From NCBI GenBank assembly GCA_963798485.1, contig CAWCTR010000023.1:32001-96000 (forward strand): a stretch of DNA of 64,000 bases, in the 5' to 3' direction. The translations under genes and the position numbers were made by a program. Under the pieces are notes generated by a model. That model was not told where the DNA came from. It worked only from the letters and a program-made list of their open reading frames with translations, and did not search any database. The first letter of the stretch is position 1; each line of letters starts with the position of its first letter. This DNA comes from an uncultured delta proteobacterium. GTDB lineage: Bacteria; Desulfobacterota; Desulfomonilia; UBA1062. This document shows positions 27,951 to 36,261 of this stretch, one piece after another.

Positions 27951-29701
27951 TGTTTCCTCCTGTTATATGCGTAGGTGGTGTTCATTATATACCTGTTGAT
28001 CCCCTTTGCAATACCATCAATAAGGGTAGCCTGGTGGGCATCACTCTGAAGGAGTGAAGAATCATCATTGTTGGTAATAAAGCCCAGTTCGCACAGGATG
28101 GAAGGCATCTGCGCCCCAAGCAGGACATAGAAAGGCGCCTGCTTCACGCCGAAGTCCTTACCCTGATAACCGTTCGTGAGAACCGAGGATATGAGGCTCT
28201 TTTGAACACAATTGGCAAAACGTGATGATTCGTTGATCTTGGAATTGAGCATGAGATCGTTGATGATGAGCTGCAGGTCGCTGATGGATTTTGATGTGGT
28301 CGCGTTTTCACGGGCAGCCACCTCGATGGCCGATGAGTCTGTGGTAAGGTTCAAAAAATAGGTTTCTATGCCCTGGGCCGCAGTATCACCGGAGGCATTG
28401 ATGTGGATGGATACAAACAGGTCGGCCCGTTTCTTGTTGGCAAAGGCCGTGCGCTCCTCCAGGGTAAGAAATACATCACTGTCCCTGGTGAGATAGACTT
28501 CGAACCCTTCGAGCCGGAGCCTGCGTGCGAGAGACTTGGCTATGGCAAGGGTCAAATCCTTTTCCTGTAGTCCTCCAGGCCCTTTAGCCCCCGGGTCTTT
28601 GCCGCCATGCCCCGCATCAACGACGATCCTACTGACCTTGAGTGAGAGCTGTGCTGCAATAGAGGGCACATCATCGCTCATCTGTGATTTAGACCACTTG
28701 GGGACCTTCTTAAATCCGCTCTCAGCCCTGATCGGGCTCTTCTTGACCTCCACTTCGCCTGAGGTCTTTGAAGACTCCTGCACCGGGTGTATGGAGGCTA
28801 TTTTTGTCGCTGCGCCGACCTTGCTGATATCCACTACGAGCCGCGACGGGTCATCAAGAGGGAAGGCATGGTAGGAAAACTTCTGTGCAAGATCAAGAAC
28901 AACCCTCACCTTTGTCTTCTGGAACTGGGAGACCCGGATCGTAGTGAGAATGCCGTCATTCACTGTTGTCTTGAAGGGGATATCCGGAGATACCTTTGCA
29001 TTATCCAATTCGATCACCACCCGGTGGGGTTTGCTTGCCTTGGAATCCGCAGGCAGGGCAAAGGTGTTGAACGAGACGTTCTGATCGAAGTTGATGACAA
29101 CGCGTGTGTAGTCCTTATCCGACCATTGGCGGACAGTCTTCAGCTCGCCGAGGCCTTCCTTCGATACGCCTGTGACGTTCTTCTTTTCAATATTCAATGA
29201 GTTCAACTGCTCCCGGGCGAGCTGAGACATGTCCCCGTCAGGATACTGCGTAATGACCTTCTGATACAGGGCGTAGGCCTTCTGTTTGGAACTCAACTGA
29301 AAATTATAGATCTGGGCGGCCTGGTAGAGGGAATCATCGGCAAGCGGACTTCCCGGGTATTCTTCGGCGATTGCCAGGTAGGTGTCTACGGCATGGTCCA
29401 GATCTTTGGGGTTTGAGGAGAACCTATTGAGACCTTGATAGAGCTTGGCGGCCTTGAACTTGGCCTTGGGGGCAAAGCTTGAATGGGGGTATTTTTTCGC
29501 CACATTCTGATACTTGTGGATGACCGCCATCCAGCTTACCCTGTCCTTCTTTTTGTCCGTATCCCGATGAAGGTCTATGGCGGCTGAATTCGCGCTCTGA
29601 AATGCCTCTGCCGCGCTTGTTGCGGCAGGCAGAGGGCCGGGAAGGGCTAAAACAATCACAATAAGGAACAGTGGGAATGCTGCTAACCCTGTTTTTCGCA
29701 T
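27947..29701 (-). CDS. N-acetylmuramoyl-L-alanine amidase with TPR and AMIN domains
   Basis: TPR N-terminus (YPGSPLADDSLY), AMIN (TRVVI..P.RVVI), VDAGHGG, SIHIN, ELGF. Confidence 0.92.
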   Translation of the reverse strand: MRKTGLAAFPLFLIVIVLALPGPLPAATSAAEAFQSANSAAIDLHRDTDKKKDRVSWMAVIHKYQNVAKKYPHSSFAPKAKFKAAKLYQGLNRFSSNPKDLDHAVDTYLAIAEEYPGSPLADDSLYQAAQIYNFQLSSKQKAYALYQKVITQYPDGDMSQLAREQLNSLNIEKKNVTGVSKEGLGELKTVRQWSDKDYTRVVINFDQNVSFNTFALPADSKASKPHRVVIELDNAKVSPDIPFKTTVNDGILTTIRVSQFQKTKVRVVLDLAQKFSYHAFPLDDPSRLVVDISKVGAATKIASIHPVQESSKTSGEVEVKKSPIRAESGFKKVPKWSKSQMSDDVPSIAAQLSLKVSRIVVDAGHGGKDPGAKGPGGLQEKDLTLAIAKSLARRLRLEGFEVYLTRDSDVFLTLEERTAFANKKRADLFVSIHINASGDTAAQGIETYFLNLTTDSSAIEVAARENATTSKSISDLQLIINDLMLNSKINESSRFANCVQKSLISSVLTNGYQGKDFGVKQAPFYVLLGAQMPSILCELGFITNNDDSSLLQSDAHQATLIDGIAKGINRYIMNTTYAYNRRKH

Positions 29702-29806
29702 GATGTAATCCCTTACGTCCTTGAGCAAGTAATCCATTACTTTTTTAGTTGTTTATCTACAAAAAACACCCTGTAATGCCGGTATCGGATATATGGTCAA
29801 AAAATC

Positions 29807-30571
29807 TTAACATTTTTTTATATTCAATAAAGACCATAGCACGGATAGCCCCTTAAGAATAAGGTTGTTATCTATTCTGTACGTCCCGGGAAGCCACTTT
29901 GCAATCATGCCGGAAGTCCCTCCCGTGAGAACGACAACGGGTTTTACCTTGTTTTGCCGGCCCATCATCTCCACAACCTTTCGGATCATGCATGCATGAC
30001 CCATGACAATCCCTGAGCGCACACATGCTTCAGTGGATGTCCCGATGAGCTCGCCCGTGAAAAGATCATCGAGCCTTGGAAGCCCCGGGGCCGCTGATAT
30101 CAGGCCTTGATAGGCGCTTTTTATGCCCGGTGCTATCATGCCGCCCTTGAAGACACCATCTTCGGATACATAATCGATGGTAGTGGCGGTGCCCATATCT
30201 ATAACGATCAGCGGCCTGTGGTTTTTCCTGTACAGGTGAAAGGCCGCAGCAGCGCATACAAGCCTGTCCATACCCAAGGTCTCTTTTGTATCATAGCTTA
30301 CTGCTATGCCCATAGGTGTATTCACATCCACGAGCATGGGGGAAGCGCCAGTCGATTCCTCAAATTCTTTTATAATGATCTTAGCCGCAGCACTACGGAC
30401 GCTCACCATGACAGCCGAGTCGGGCATTGCATTGCGAAGATCAGGGACATGGGCGAGAAAGGCCGATCCCTTGAGGCACTCTTCTGTAGGCACGCGAAAT
30501 ACATCCTTGAGATCGCCGCCCTCGAAAATGCCAACCGTAATGTTCGTGTTGCCGATATCGATGGCAAGCAT
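29807..30571 (-). CDS. coaX: Type III pantothenate kinase
   Basis: AIDIGNTN, LGMDR, IDMGTATT, GGMIAPG, LTGG. Confidence 0.95.
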   Translation of the reverse strand: MLAIDIGNTNITVGIFEGGDLKDVFRVPTEECLKGSAFLAHVPDLRNAMPDSAVMVSVRSAAAKIIIKEFEESTGASPMLVDVNTPMGIAVSYDTKETLGMDRLVCAAAAFHLYRKNHRPLIVIDMGTATTIDYVSEDGVFKGGMIAPGIKSAYQGLISAAPGLPRLDDLFTGELIGTSTEACVRSGIVMGHACMIRKVVEMMGRQNKVKPVVVLTGGTSGMIAKWLPGTYRIDNNLILKGLSVLWSLLNIKKC

Positions 30572-30612
30572 GGCCTTTGTCTAGACCTTATTTCCCAGCG
30601 GATCAAGGACTA

Positions 30613-31380
30613 TTATTGAGCTTCTCCGCCCGCTTTTCTTTGAAAGGCCTTGAGTATCCGCACTGCAGCGGCCGCAGCCCCCACGGAGTTGCCGATGTTC
30701 ATGACCATGACGCCGGGCACACAGCACTGGAGCATAGTGGCAAGGGCCGCCTCACCGAGGCCTCCATGGCCGTAGCCGACCGGTGTGGGGACCGCGATGA
30801 TGGGCAGTTCTGTGAGCGAGGCCATGAGTGTGGGCAGCACTCCGTCCATGCCCGCAAAGACGATGAGTACATCAGCGTCCTTTGCCTTTTTAAGGCCGAG
30901 AAGCGGCCTATGCATGCCTGATGCGCCCACATCGAAGGCCCTGATGAGATCGACGCCGAGTTCCTCCAAAATGAGCGCGCTCTCCTGCGCGAATGGGACA
31001 TCCGCAGTGCCTGCGGTGATGACACCTATGCGTCCGGGTATTTTCTGAGACACAAGACCATGCCTCTTGATGAGCAGGAGTCTCCCGGCCTTTTTTACCT
31101 CGGCTCGTGCAAACTGATGCCTTATGTGTATTTCTTTTTCTTCATCTATGACAGAGACAAACACATGCCCATTCTTATCAAAGAGGCCCTTTGCTATGGC
31201 GATCACCTGCTCGGTGGTCTTGCCCTCGGCAAAGATCACTTCCGGAAAGCCGATGCGCGCTGTGCGGTGAAGATCCAGAAGGAAGTCTTCGCCCCCCTCG
31301 TAGAGCATGCGCATGAGCTTTTCCTGGGCTTCTTCCGCGCTGAGTTCGCCCCTTTTATATGCATCGAGCAGATCTTTCAT
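30613..31380 (-). CDS. larB: Nickel-pincer cofactor biosynthesis protein LarB
   Basis: R..GFPEVIFAEGK, AGTAD, AGMDGVLP, VPTPVGYG, MLQCCVPG. Confidence 0.92.
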   Translation of the reverse strand: MKDLLDAYKRGELSAEEAQEKLMRMLYEGGEDFLLDLHRTARIGFPEVIFAEGKTTEQVIAIAKGLFDKNGHVFVSVIDEEKEIHIRHQFARAEVKKAGRLLLIKRHGLVSQKIPGRIGVITAGTADVPFAQESALILEELGVDLIRAFDVGASGMHRPLLGLKKAKDADVLIVFAGMDGVLPTLMASLTELPIIAVPTPVGYGHGGLGEAALATMLQCCVPGVMVMNIGNSVGAAAAAVRILKAFQRKAGGEAQ

Positions 31381-31398
31381 AGTTCACTCCCAAAAAGG

Positions 31399-32574
31399 TC
31401 ATGTCTTGATATTTTCTTCACGCATGAGCCGTTCTATCTCGCGGCGAAGGGCGGCCATCGTTATACCTCTGGTGCGGGATATCTCGTGCAGATCGCGGTA
31501 TTCAGGCTTGAACCGCAGTGTGCCGTCAGGCAGGACCACCTCTTTGATGCCGACCTCGCCATAGAGGGTGGCAATCCTGTACTCCCGGCGCGGAAGGACC
31601 CGCCGATCAACAGCGTGGTACCTTACCCCTATGGTGGATGTATGCACAAGAAAGGCCTGAAGCACATCCTCAAGCCGTGTGCAATCGCATAAGGCGGACA
31701 TAGTAAATCCCGGTCTGCCTTGCCTCATAATCCTAGGGGATATGCCTGCATCGCGGGCCCCGGCGGCCATAATATAATCAAGGGCTGCCACGGCGTCTTC
31801 GGGCATCATGTCGTCAATATCCGCTTCAATGTGGTATATAAGACAAACGTCTTTCTCCTGGTTTACCTGACCCAGGATGGTCCTGCAGAGGTTCGGCCAG
31901 TTCTCGAACCTTCTGGAGCCGCACCCATAGCCCACTGACTTGATAATAAACTCGGTTGGCGGCCGTCCCTTTTCTGCCAGGGCCTTGAGCACCGCAGCCC
32001 CTGTGGGCGTAGTGAGCTCTGCCTCCAAGGCGGTAACCCTTACCTTCATGCCTTCCAGCAGCTTCACCGTTGCTGGCGCAGGCACAGGGATTTTGCCGTG
32101 AAGTGAATCCGTCATACCGCCGCCTAATGGCACCGGATTGGTGTAGAGGGCATCTATACCGAGCCTGTCCAGAGCAGCGGATATGCCGACGATATCGAGG
32201 ATGGAATCAAGCGCCCCGATCTCATGGAAGTGCACATCCTCCACGGCAACCCCATGGACCTGGGCCTCTGCGTGGGCAAGGACCTCAAAAATCCTTTCCG
32301 CCCTGAGTCTGATTGAAGCCGGGAGTCTGTTAAGGATAGTGTCGCGGATGGTCGCATAGCCCCTGCGCTGAAGGGAATCAGGTATATCGAAGGTGAGACC
32401 GAGGCAGGAGATGCCGTTGATGGAATCCGCTTTGGTGTACATGTGAAACGGCCCGATATTCAGCTTTTCAAAGACCTCTTCGAGATATCGCGGGGGACAC
32501 CCAAGGTGCACAAGACTGCCCAGGAGCATGTCCCCGCTTATCCCCCCGATGGGGTCAACGATCAAAATATTCAT
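31399..32574 (-). CDS. larC: Nickel-pincer cofactor Ni-insertase LarC
   Basis: GISGDM, VHFHEIGALDS, HGKIPVPAPAT, ELTTPTGAA, IDDM, KPEYRD; one uninterrupted ORF. Confidence 0.94.
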   Translation of the reverse strand: MNILIVDPIGGISGDMLLGSLVHLGCPPRYLEEVFEKLNIGPFHMYTKADSINGISCLGLTFDIPDSLQRRGYATIRDTILNRLPASIRLRAERIFEVLAHAEAQVHGVAVEDVHFHEIGALDSILDIVGISAALDRLGIDALYTNPVPLGGGMTDSLHGKIPVPAPATVKLLEGMKVRVTALEAELTTPTGAAVLKALAEKGRPPTEFIIKSVGYGCGSRRFENWPNLCRTILGQVNQEKDVCLIYHIEADIDDMMPEDAVAALDYIMAAGARDAGISPRIMRQGRPGFTMSALCDCTRLEDVLQAFLVHTSTIGVRYHAVDRRVLPRREYRIATLYGEVGIKEVVLPDGTLRFKPEYRDLHEISRTRGITMAALRREIERLMREENIKT

Positions 32575-32612
32575 ACCTATCCCCTGCGGTGTGGAGAACC
32601 GGACCGGATACC

Positions 32613-32641
32613 TCTTGAGAAGTACCTTTTTTTTCTCAAGA
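32613..32641. repeat. Inverted repeat (terminator or operator)
   Basis: TCTTGAGAA-N11-TTCTCAAGA. Confidence 0.5.
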
Positions 32642-32643
32642 CA

Positions 32644-32757
32644 TCAAGGCTTTATCCCCAGGTTCCTCATCCGTGCCTGCTGGGTGGTAAGCTTCATGCC
32701 CAGGACCGCTGCATAGCCTCCGTTTCCTGCACCCCCGCCTCCTGTCAGATCGAGCAT
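32644..32757 (-). pseudogene. Degenerate C-terminal Fis-type HTH fragment of an FhlA/NifA-like activator
   Basis: LDLTGGGGAGNGGYAAVLGMKLTTQQARMRNLGIK resembles L..TGW...G..GAA..LG.K.TTL..RM.KLGI. Confidence 0.5.
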
Positions 32758-32928
32758 ATGGCAGGACTGTAAAAGTATAGTGAATGATCGTTTCACAAAA
32801 GCCGTTTTCTTTTGGAGCATGTTCATGTATGTAAAGGAGACGCCAAAACCTCTGATTGAAATCATAGGTCATGTGGCATGAACGTCTCAACGTAAAAAAC
32901 CAAAGAGACCCCAGGAAAGGAGATTTAT

Positions 32929-34644
32929 ATGAATTTGTTGATCCAGCCCAAGAAGTACAAGAGCCTTATGGCCGACGAAGGATCAAGGGCCATCATGGAC
33001 AAGACCATTGCCTTCTTCGAGAATATGGGCAAGCAGAGACTGCTCGATGATTACAGCAAGAAGATCTGGTACCGGGAGTTTATCGATTTCCTCGCAAGGG
33101 AACGGATCTTTTTCAAGCTGCTCACCCCCAAACAGTATGCCGAGGGCGACCCGGATGCCCGATGGGACACGGCGCGCAACAGCGAGTACTCCGAGATTCT
33201 GGCCTTCTACGGGCTGGGGTATTGGTACTGCTTCCAGGTGACGATTCTGGGCCTGGGTCCCATATGGATGAGCCCCAATGAGAAGGCCAAGAAGAGGGCC
33301 GCTCAGCTGCTCAAGGGGGGCGCCATCTTCGCATTCGGCCTTTCCGAACGCACCCATGGCGCTGACATCTACTCCGTTGAGACAACGCTGACCCCCAAGG
33401 GCAACGGCACATTTGTGGCCAACGGCGAGAAGTACTACATCGGCAACGGCAACGAGGCCGAGATGGTCTCCACCCTGGGCAAGGTCAAGGACGGCACCGA
33501 TGACTATACCTTCTTTTCCACTAATTACCGCCACAAGGCCTATGAGCTGAAGAAGAATGTCATCAGCCATCAGGAGTACGTATCCAACTTCGCGCTCCAC
33601 GACTACCCCATCACCGAAGACGACATCCTCTCCCGCGGCCCCCATGCGTGGGATTCGGCGCTCAATACCGTGAACATCGGCAAGTTCAACATCGGACCGG
33701 GATCCATCGGCGTTTCCGAGCATTGTTTCTACGAGGCTATAACCCATGCATCGAACCGTATCCTCTACGGCGTGAAGGTCACGGACATGCCCCATGTGCG
33801 CAAAAACTTCATGGATGCCTGGCTCAGGCTTGTAGCCATGAAGATGTACCAGCGCCGCGCCACCGACTACTTCAGGGGCGCCGGCGAAAATGACCGCCGC
33901 TACCTGCTCTACAACCCCACCAGCAAGATGAAGGTGACCCTGCAGTCCGAAGAGGTGATCAACCTGCTCTGGGACGTGATCGCCGCCAAGGGCTTTGAGA
34001 AGGACACCTACTTCCACATGGGTGCCTGCGACGTGCGGGGTCCATCCAAGCTTGAGGGCACGGTGCACGTGAATGTGCAGCTCATCCGCAAGTTTATGAA
34101 GAACTACTTCTTCACCCCGGCCGAGTATGCCCCGGCGGCACCCGACTTCTCGCTCAAGGATGACTCGTTTCTGTTCAACCAGGGCCCCACAAAGGGCCTG
34201 GGCAAGGTCCAGTTCCACGACTACAAGCCGGTCTTCGAAGCCAGCAAAGGTCTCCCCAACGTGGCGACCTTCATCAAGCAGATCGAGATCTTCAAGGAGA
34301 TGCTGGAAAAGGCCGGCCCTGACAAGGCCCAGGATATGGACCCCTCATGGTCCCTGCCCGTGGGCGAGATGTTCTCCATCGTGGTGTACGGTCAGCTCAT
34401 CCTTGAGCAGGCAAAGTTCGACGGACTTGATCCGGATGTCCTGAACCAGATCTTCGACTTCATGGTCCGCGACTTTGCCCACTTTGCCTTGCAGATCTAC
34501 GGCAACCACAGCTCGAAAGACGAACAACGAGAATACTGCACCAAGATCATGCTCATCAAGGCAGTCCCCAGCCCCGATCAGTACAACAAGGTGTGGGAGA
34601 AGTACGTATCCGTCCTGAACGGTGAGTATGCCATGAACGAGTAG
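32929..34644 (+). CDS. Acyl-CoA dehydrogenase family protein
   Basis: AFGLSERTHGAD, NGEKYYIGN, LEGTVHVN; AGGAG SD. Confidence 0.92.
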   Translation: MNLLIQPKKYKSLMADEGSRAIMDKTIAFFENMGKQRLLDDYSKKIWYREFIDFLARERIFFKLLTPKQYAEGDPDARWDTARNSEYSEILAFYGLGYWYCFQVTILGLGPIWMSPNEKAKKRAAQLLKGGAIFAFGLSERTHGADIYSVETTLTPKGNGTFVANGEKYYIGNGNEAEMVSTLGKVKDGTDDYTFFSTNYRHKAYELKKNVISHQEYVSNFALHDYPITEDDILSRGPHAWDSALNTVNIGKFNIGPGSIGVSEHCFYEAITHASNRILYGVKVTDMPHVRKNFMDAWLRLVAMKMYQRRATDYFRGAGENDRRYLLYNPTSKMKVTLQSEEVINLLWDVIAAKGFEKDTYFHMGACDVRGPSKLEGTVHVNVQLIRKFMKNYFFTPAEYAPAAPDFSLKDDSFLFNQGPTKGLGKVQFHDYKPVFEASKGLPNVATFIKQIEIFKEMLEKAGPDKAQDMDPSWSLPVGEMFSIVVYGQLILEQAKFDGLDPDVLNQIFDFMVRDFAHFALQIYGNHSSKDEQREYCTKIMLIKAVPSPDQYNKVWEKYVSVLNGEYAMNE

Positions 34645-34671
34645 CGAACAGGCTACAACAATCCTCAAGAC

Positions 34672-34711
34672 AAACAAAGAGGGGAGGGCAATAGCTCTCC
34701 CCTCTTTGTTT
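34672..34711 (+). terminator. Rho-independent terminator
   Basis: AAACAAAGAGGGGAGGGC-AATA-GCTCTCCCCTCTTTGTTT hairpin after the stop. Confidence 0.85.
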
Positions 34712-34771
34712 CTATAAAAGATCACGTAGCATCTATTATATGAAAACGGTGACATTCAGGCATACTCGGGT

Positions 34772-34786
34772 GTATGATTGTCATAC
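34772..34786. promoter_or_regulatory. Palindromic operator candidate upstream of the nitroreductase
   Basis: GTATGA-TTG-TCATAC. Confidence 0.45.
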
Positions 34787-34827
34787 CTTAAACGGTTATT
34801 CCAACATTTAAAAAAAAGGGGGGGATT

Positions 34828-35382
34828 ATGGAGCTGTCCGATGCCATCCAGCACAGGAGGAGCGTGAGAAAATTCACCGACTATGCCGTTACCGACGAGG
34901 AGATCAAACAGCTGCTTGAGGCGGCAAGGCTGGCGCAATCCTGGGCAAATACCCAGGTGTGGGAATTCGTGGTGGTCCGTGACAGGGGTCTTATTGAAAA
35001 AGTAACCGGCACCTATGTCGATAAGAACCCGGGCACAAAGTGTTCGCTTGCGGCCTCGGTACTTATCGTAGCATGTGCCAAGACCGGGGTGTCGGGCTGT
35101 TATGGCGGCAAGGATGTGACCAAGTTTCCCAACTGGTTCATGTTCGACCTCGGTATTGCGGTCCAGAACCTCTGCCTCAAGGCCCATGAGTTAGGACTTG
35201 GCACCGTTGTGGTCGGCCTTATGGACCATGATGCATGCAAGAAGGTCATCGGCCTGCCCGATGGCTATGAGGTGGTTGCGGTGCTGCCGGTGGGAAAGCC
35301 TGCTACGGAACCCAAGCAGGGTCCGCCACGTAAGGAATTGGATGCGTTTGTCCATCTCAATACCTTCGGCAAGGCCTTTTAA
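34828..35382 (+). CDS. Nitroreductase family protein
   Basis: RRSVRKF, A.SWANTQ.W, QNLCLKAHELGLGT. Confidence 0.93.
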   Translation: MELSDAIQHRRSVRKFTDYAVTDEEIKQLLEAARLAQSWANTQVWEFVVVRDRGLIEKVTGTYVDKNPGTKCSLAASVLIVACAKTGVSGCYGGKDVTKFPNWFMFDLGIAVQNLCLKAHELGLGTVVVGLMDHDACKKVIGLPDGYEVVAVLPVGKPATEPKQGPPRKELDAFVHLNTFGKAF

Positions 35383-35416
35383 GATATAGACTTGAGAATT
35401 CTCCAGGAGACTGCCC

Positions 35417-36232
35417 ATGGCTGACTACGGTATCCGGCTCGAGCGTGAAGGTCAAATCGCGGTAGTGATCTTTGAGAGGCCCGGCAGGCAGAACACCCTC
35501 GATGAGCACATGTGGGATTGCATGGAGCAGGTAGTAGCCGACCTCAAGGCACGCATGCCCAGGGCCGTGGTGCTGACCGGATCCGGAGACAGGGCATTCT
35601 GCGCCGGGTTCGACGTAAACCCGGATAACCCCATGGTGTCCCGCCTCATCGATGCGGTGCAGAAGCACGAAAAAGGGCCGGCCTATGACCTGATCCGCCG
35701 GGTAAGGACAACCACCGACAGCCTGGTCATGCTCCCCGTGCCTATAATTGCCGCCATCAACGGCCTTGCCTATGGCGGGGGGGCCGAGATTGCCACACGG
35801 TGCGACCTACGTGTCATGGACGCAGGCGCTCTCATCTGCTTCTCCGAGGTGAGGCTCGGTCTCATGCCCGACCATGGCGGGGTGGTGGGGCTCACGCGGC
35901 TTTTGGGGGCCTCCAGGGCGGCAGATCTCATCCTCACGGCTCGCAAGGTGAGTGCGGAGGAGGCCTTGCAGATGGGCCTTATAAACCGAATCAGCCCTTC
36001 GGGCAAGGCCCTGGAGGATGCATGTGAGCTTGCCCGGACCATTGCAGAAAATGGTCCGCGTGCCGTACGGCACGCCCTGAAGGTGATCAGGAAGACCATG
36101 GACATGAGCACGATAGAGGCCCTGGAACTTGAGACCGAAGAGGCGGTCACCCTTATTGCCGGTGGCGAATGCATCCATGGCATTACCGCCTTTCTATCAA
36201 AACTCAAGCCCGTGTTCCCGGAGCCGGAATAG
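35417..36232 (+). CDS. Enoyl-CoA hydratase/isomerase family protein
   Basis: AFCAGFD, PIIAAINGLAYGGGAE, EVRLGLMPD. Confidence 0.93.
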   Translation: MADYGIRLEREGQIAVVIFERPGRQNTLDEHMWDCMEQVVADLKARMPRAVVLTGSGDRAFCAGFDVNPDNPMVSRLIDAVQKHEKGPAYDLIRRVRTTTDSLVMLPVPIIAAINGLAYGGGAEIATRCDLRVMDAGALICFSEVRLGLMPDHGGVVGLTRLLGASRAADLILTARKVSAEEALQMGLINRISPSGKALEDACELARTIAENGPRAVRHALKVIRKTMDMSTIEALELETEEAVTLIAGGECIHGITAFLSKLKPVFPEPE

Positions 36233-36261
36233 AAAGAAGGAACTTGATCAGGGAGTTCTCG

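Noticed and set aside
31399-32574. Programmed frameshift in larC as in Lactobacillus
   Set aside because: One continuous ORF covers both halves
32650-32770. 6S RNA or riboswitch upstream of larC
   Set aside because: No convincing long stem or conserved boxes; a coding remnant explains it better
32983-34218. 411-aa antisense ORF over the acyl-CoA dehydrogenase
   Set aside because: Codon-register shadow of a GC3-rich gene with no motifs; the same applies to 25545-26420, 42241-43017, 51832-52725 and 56376-57221
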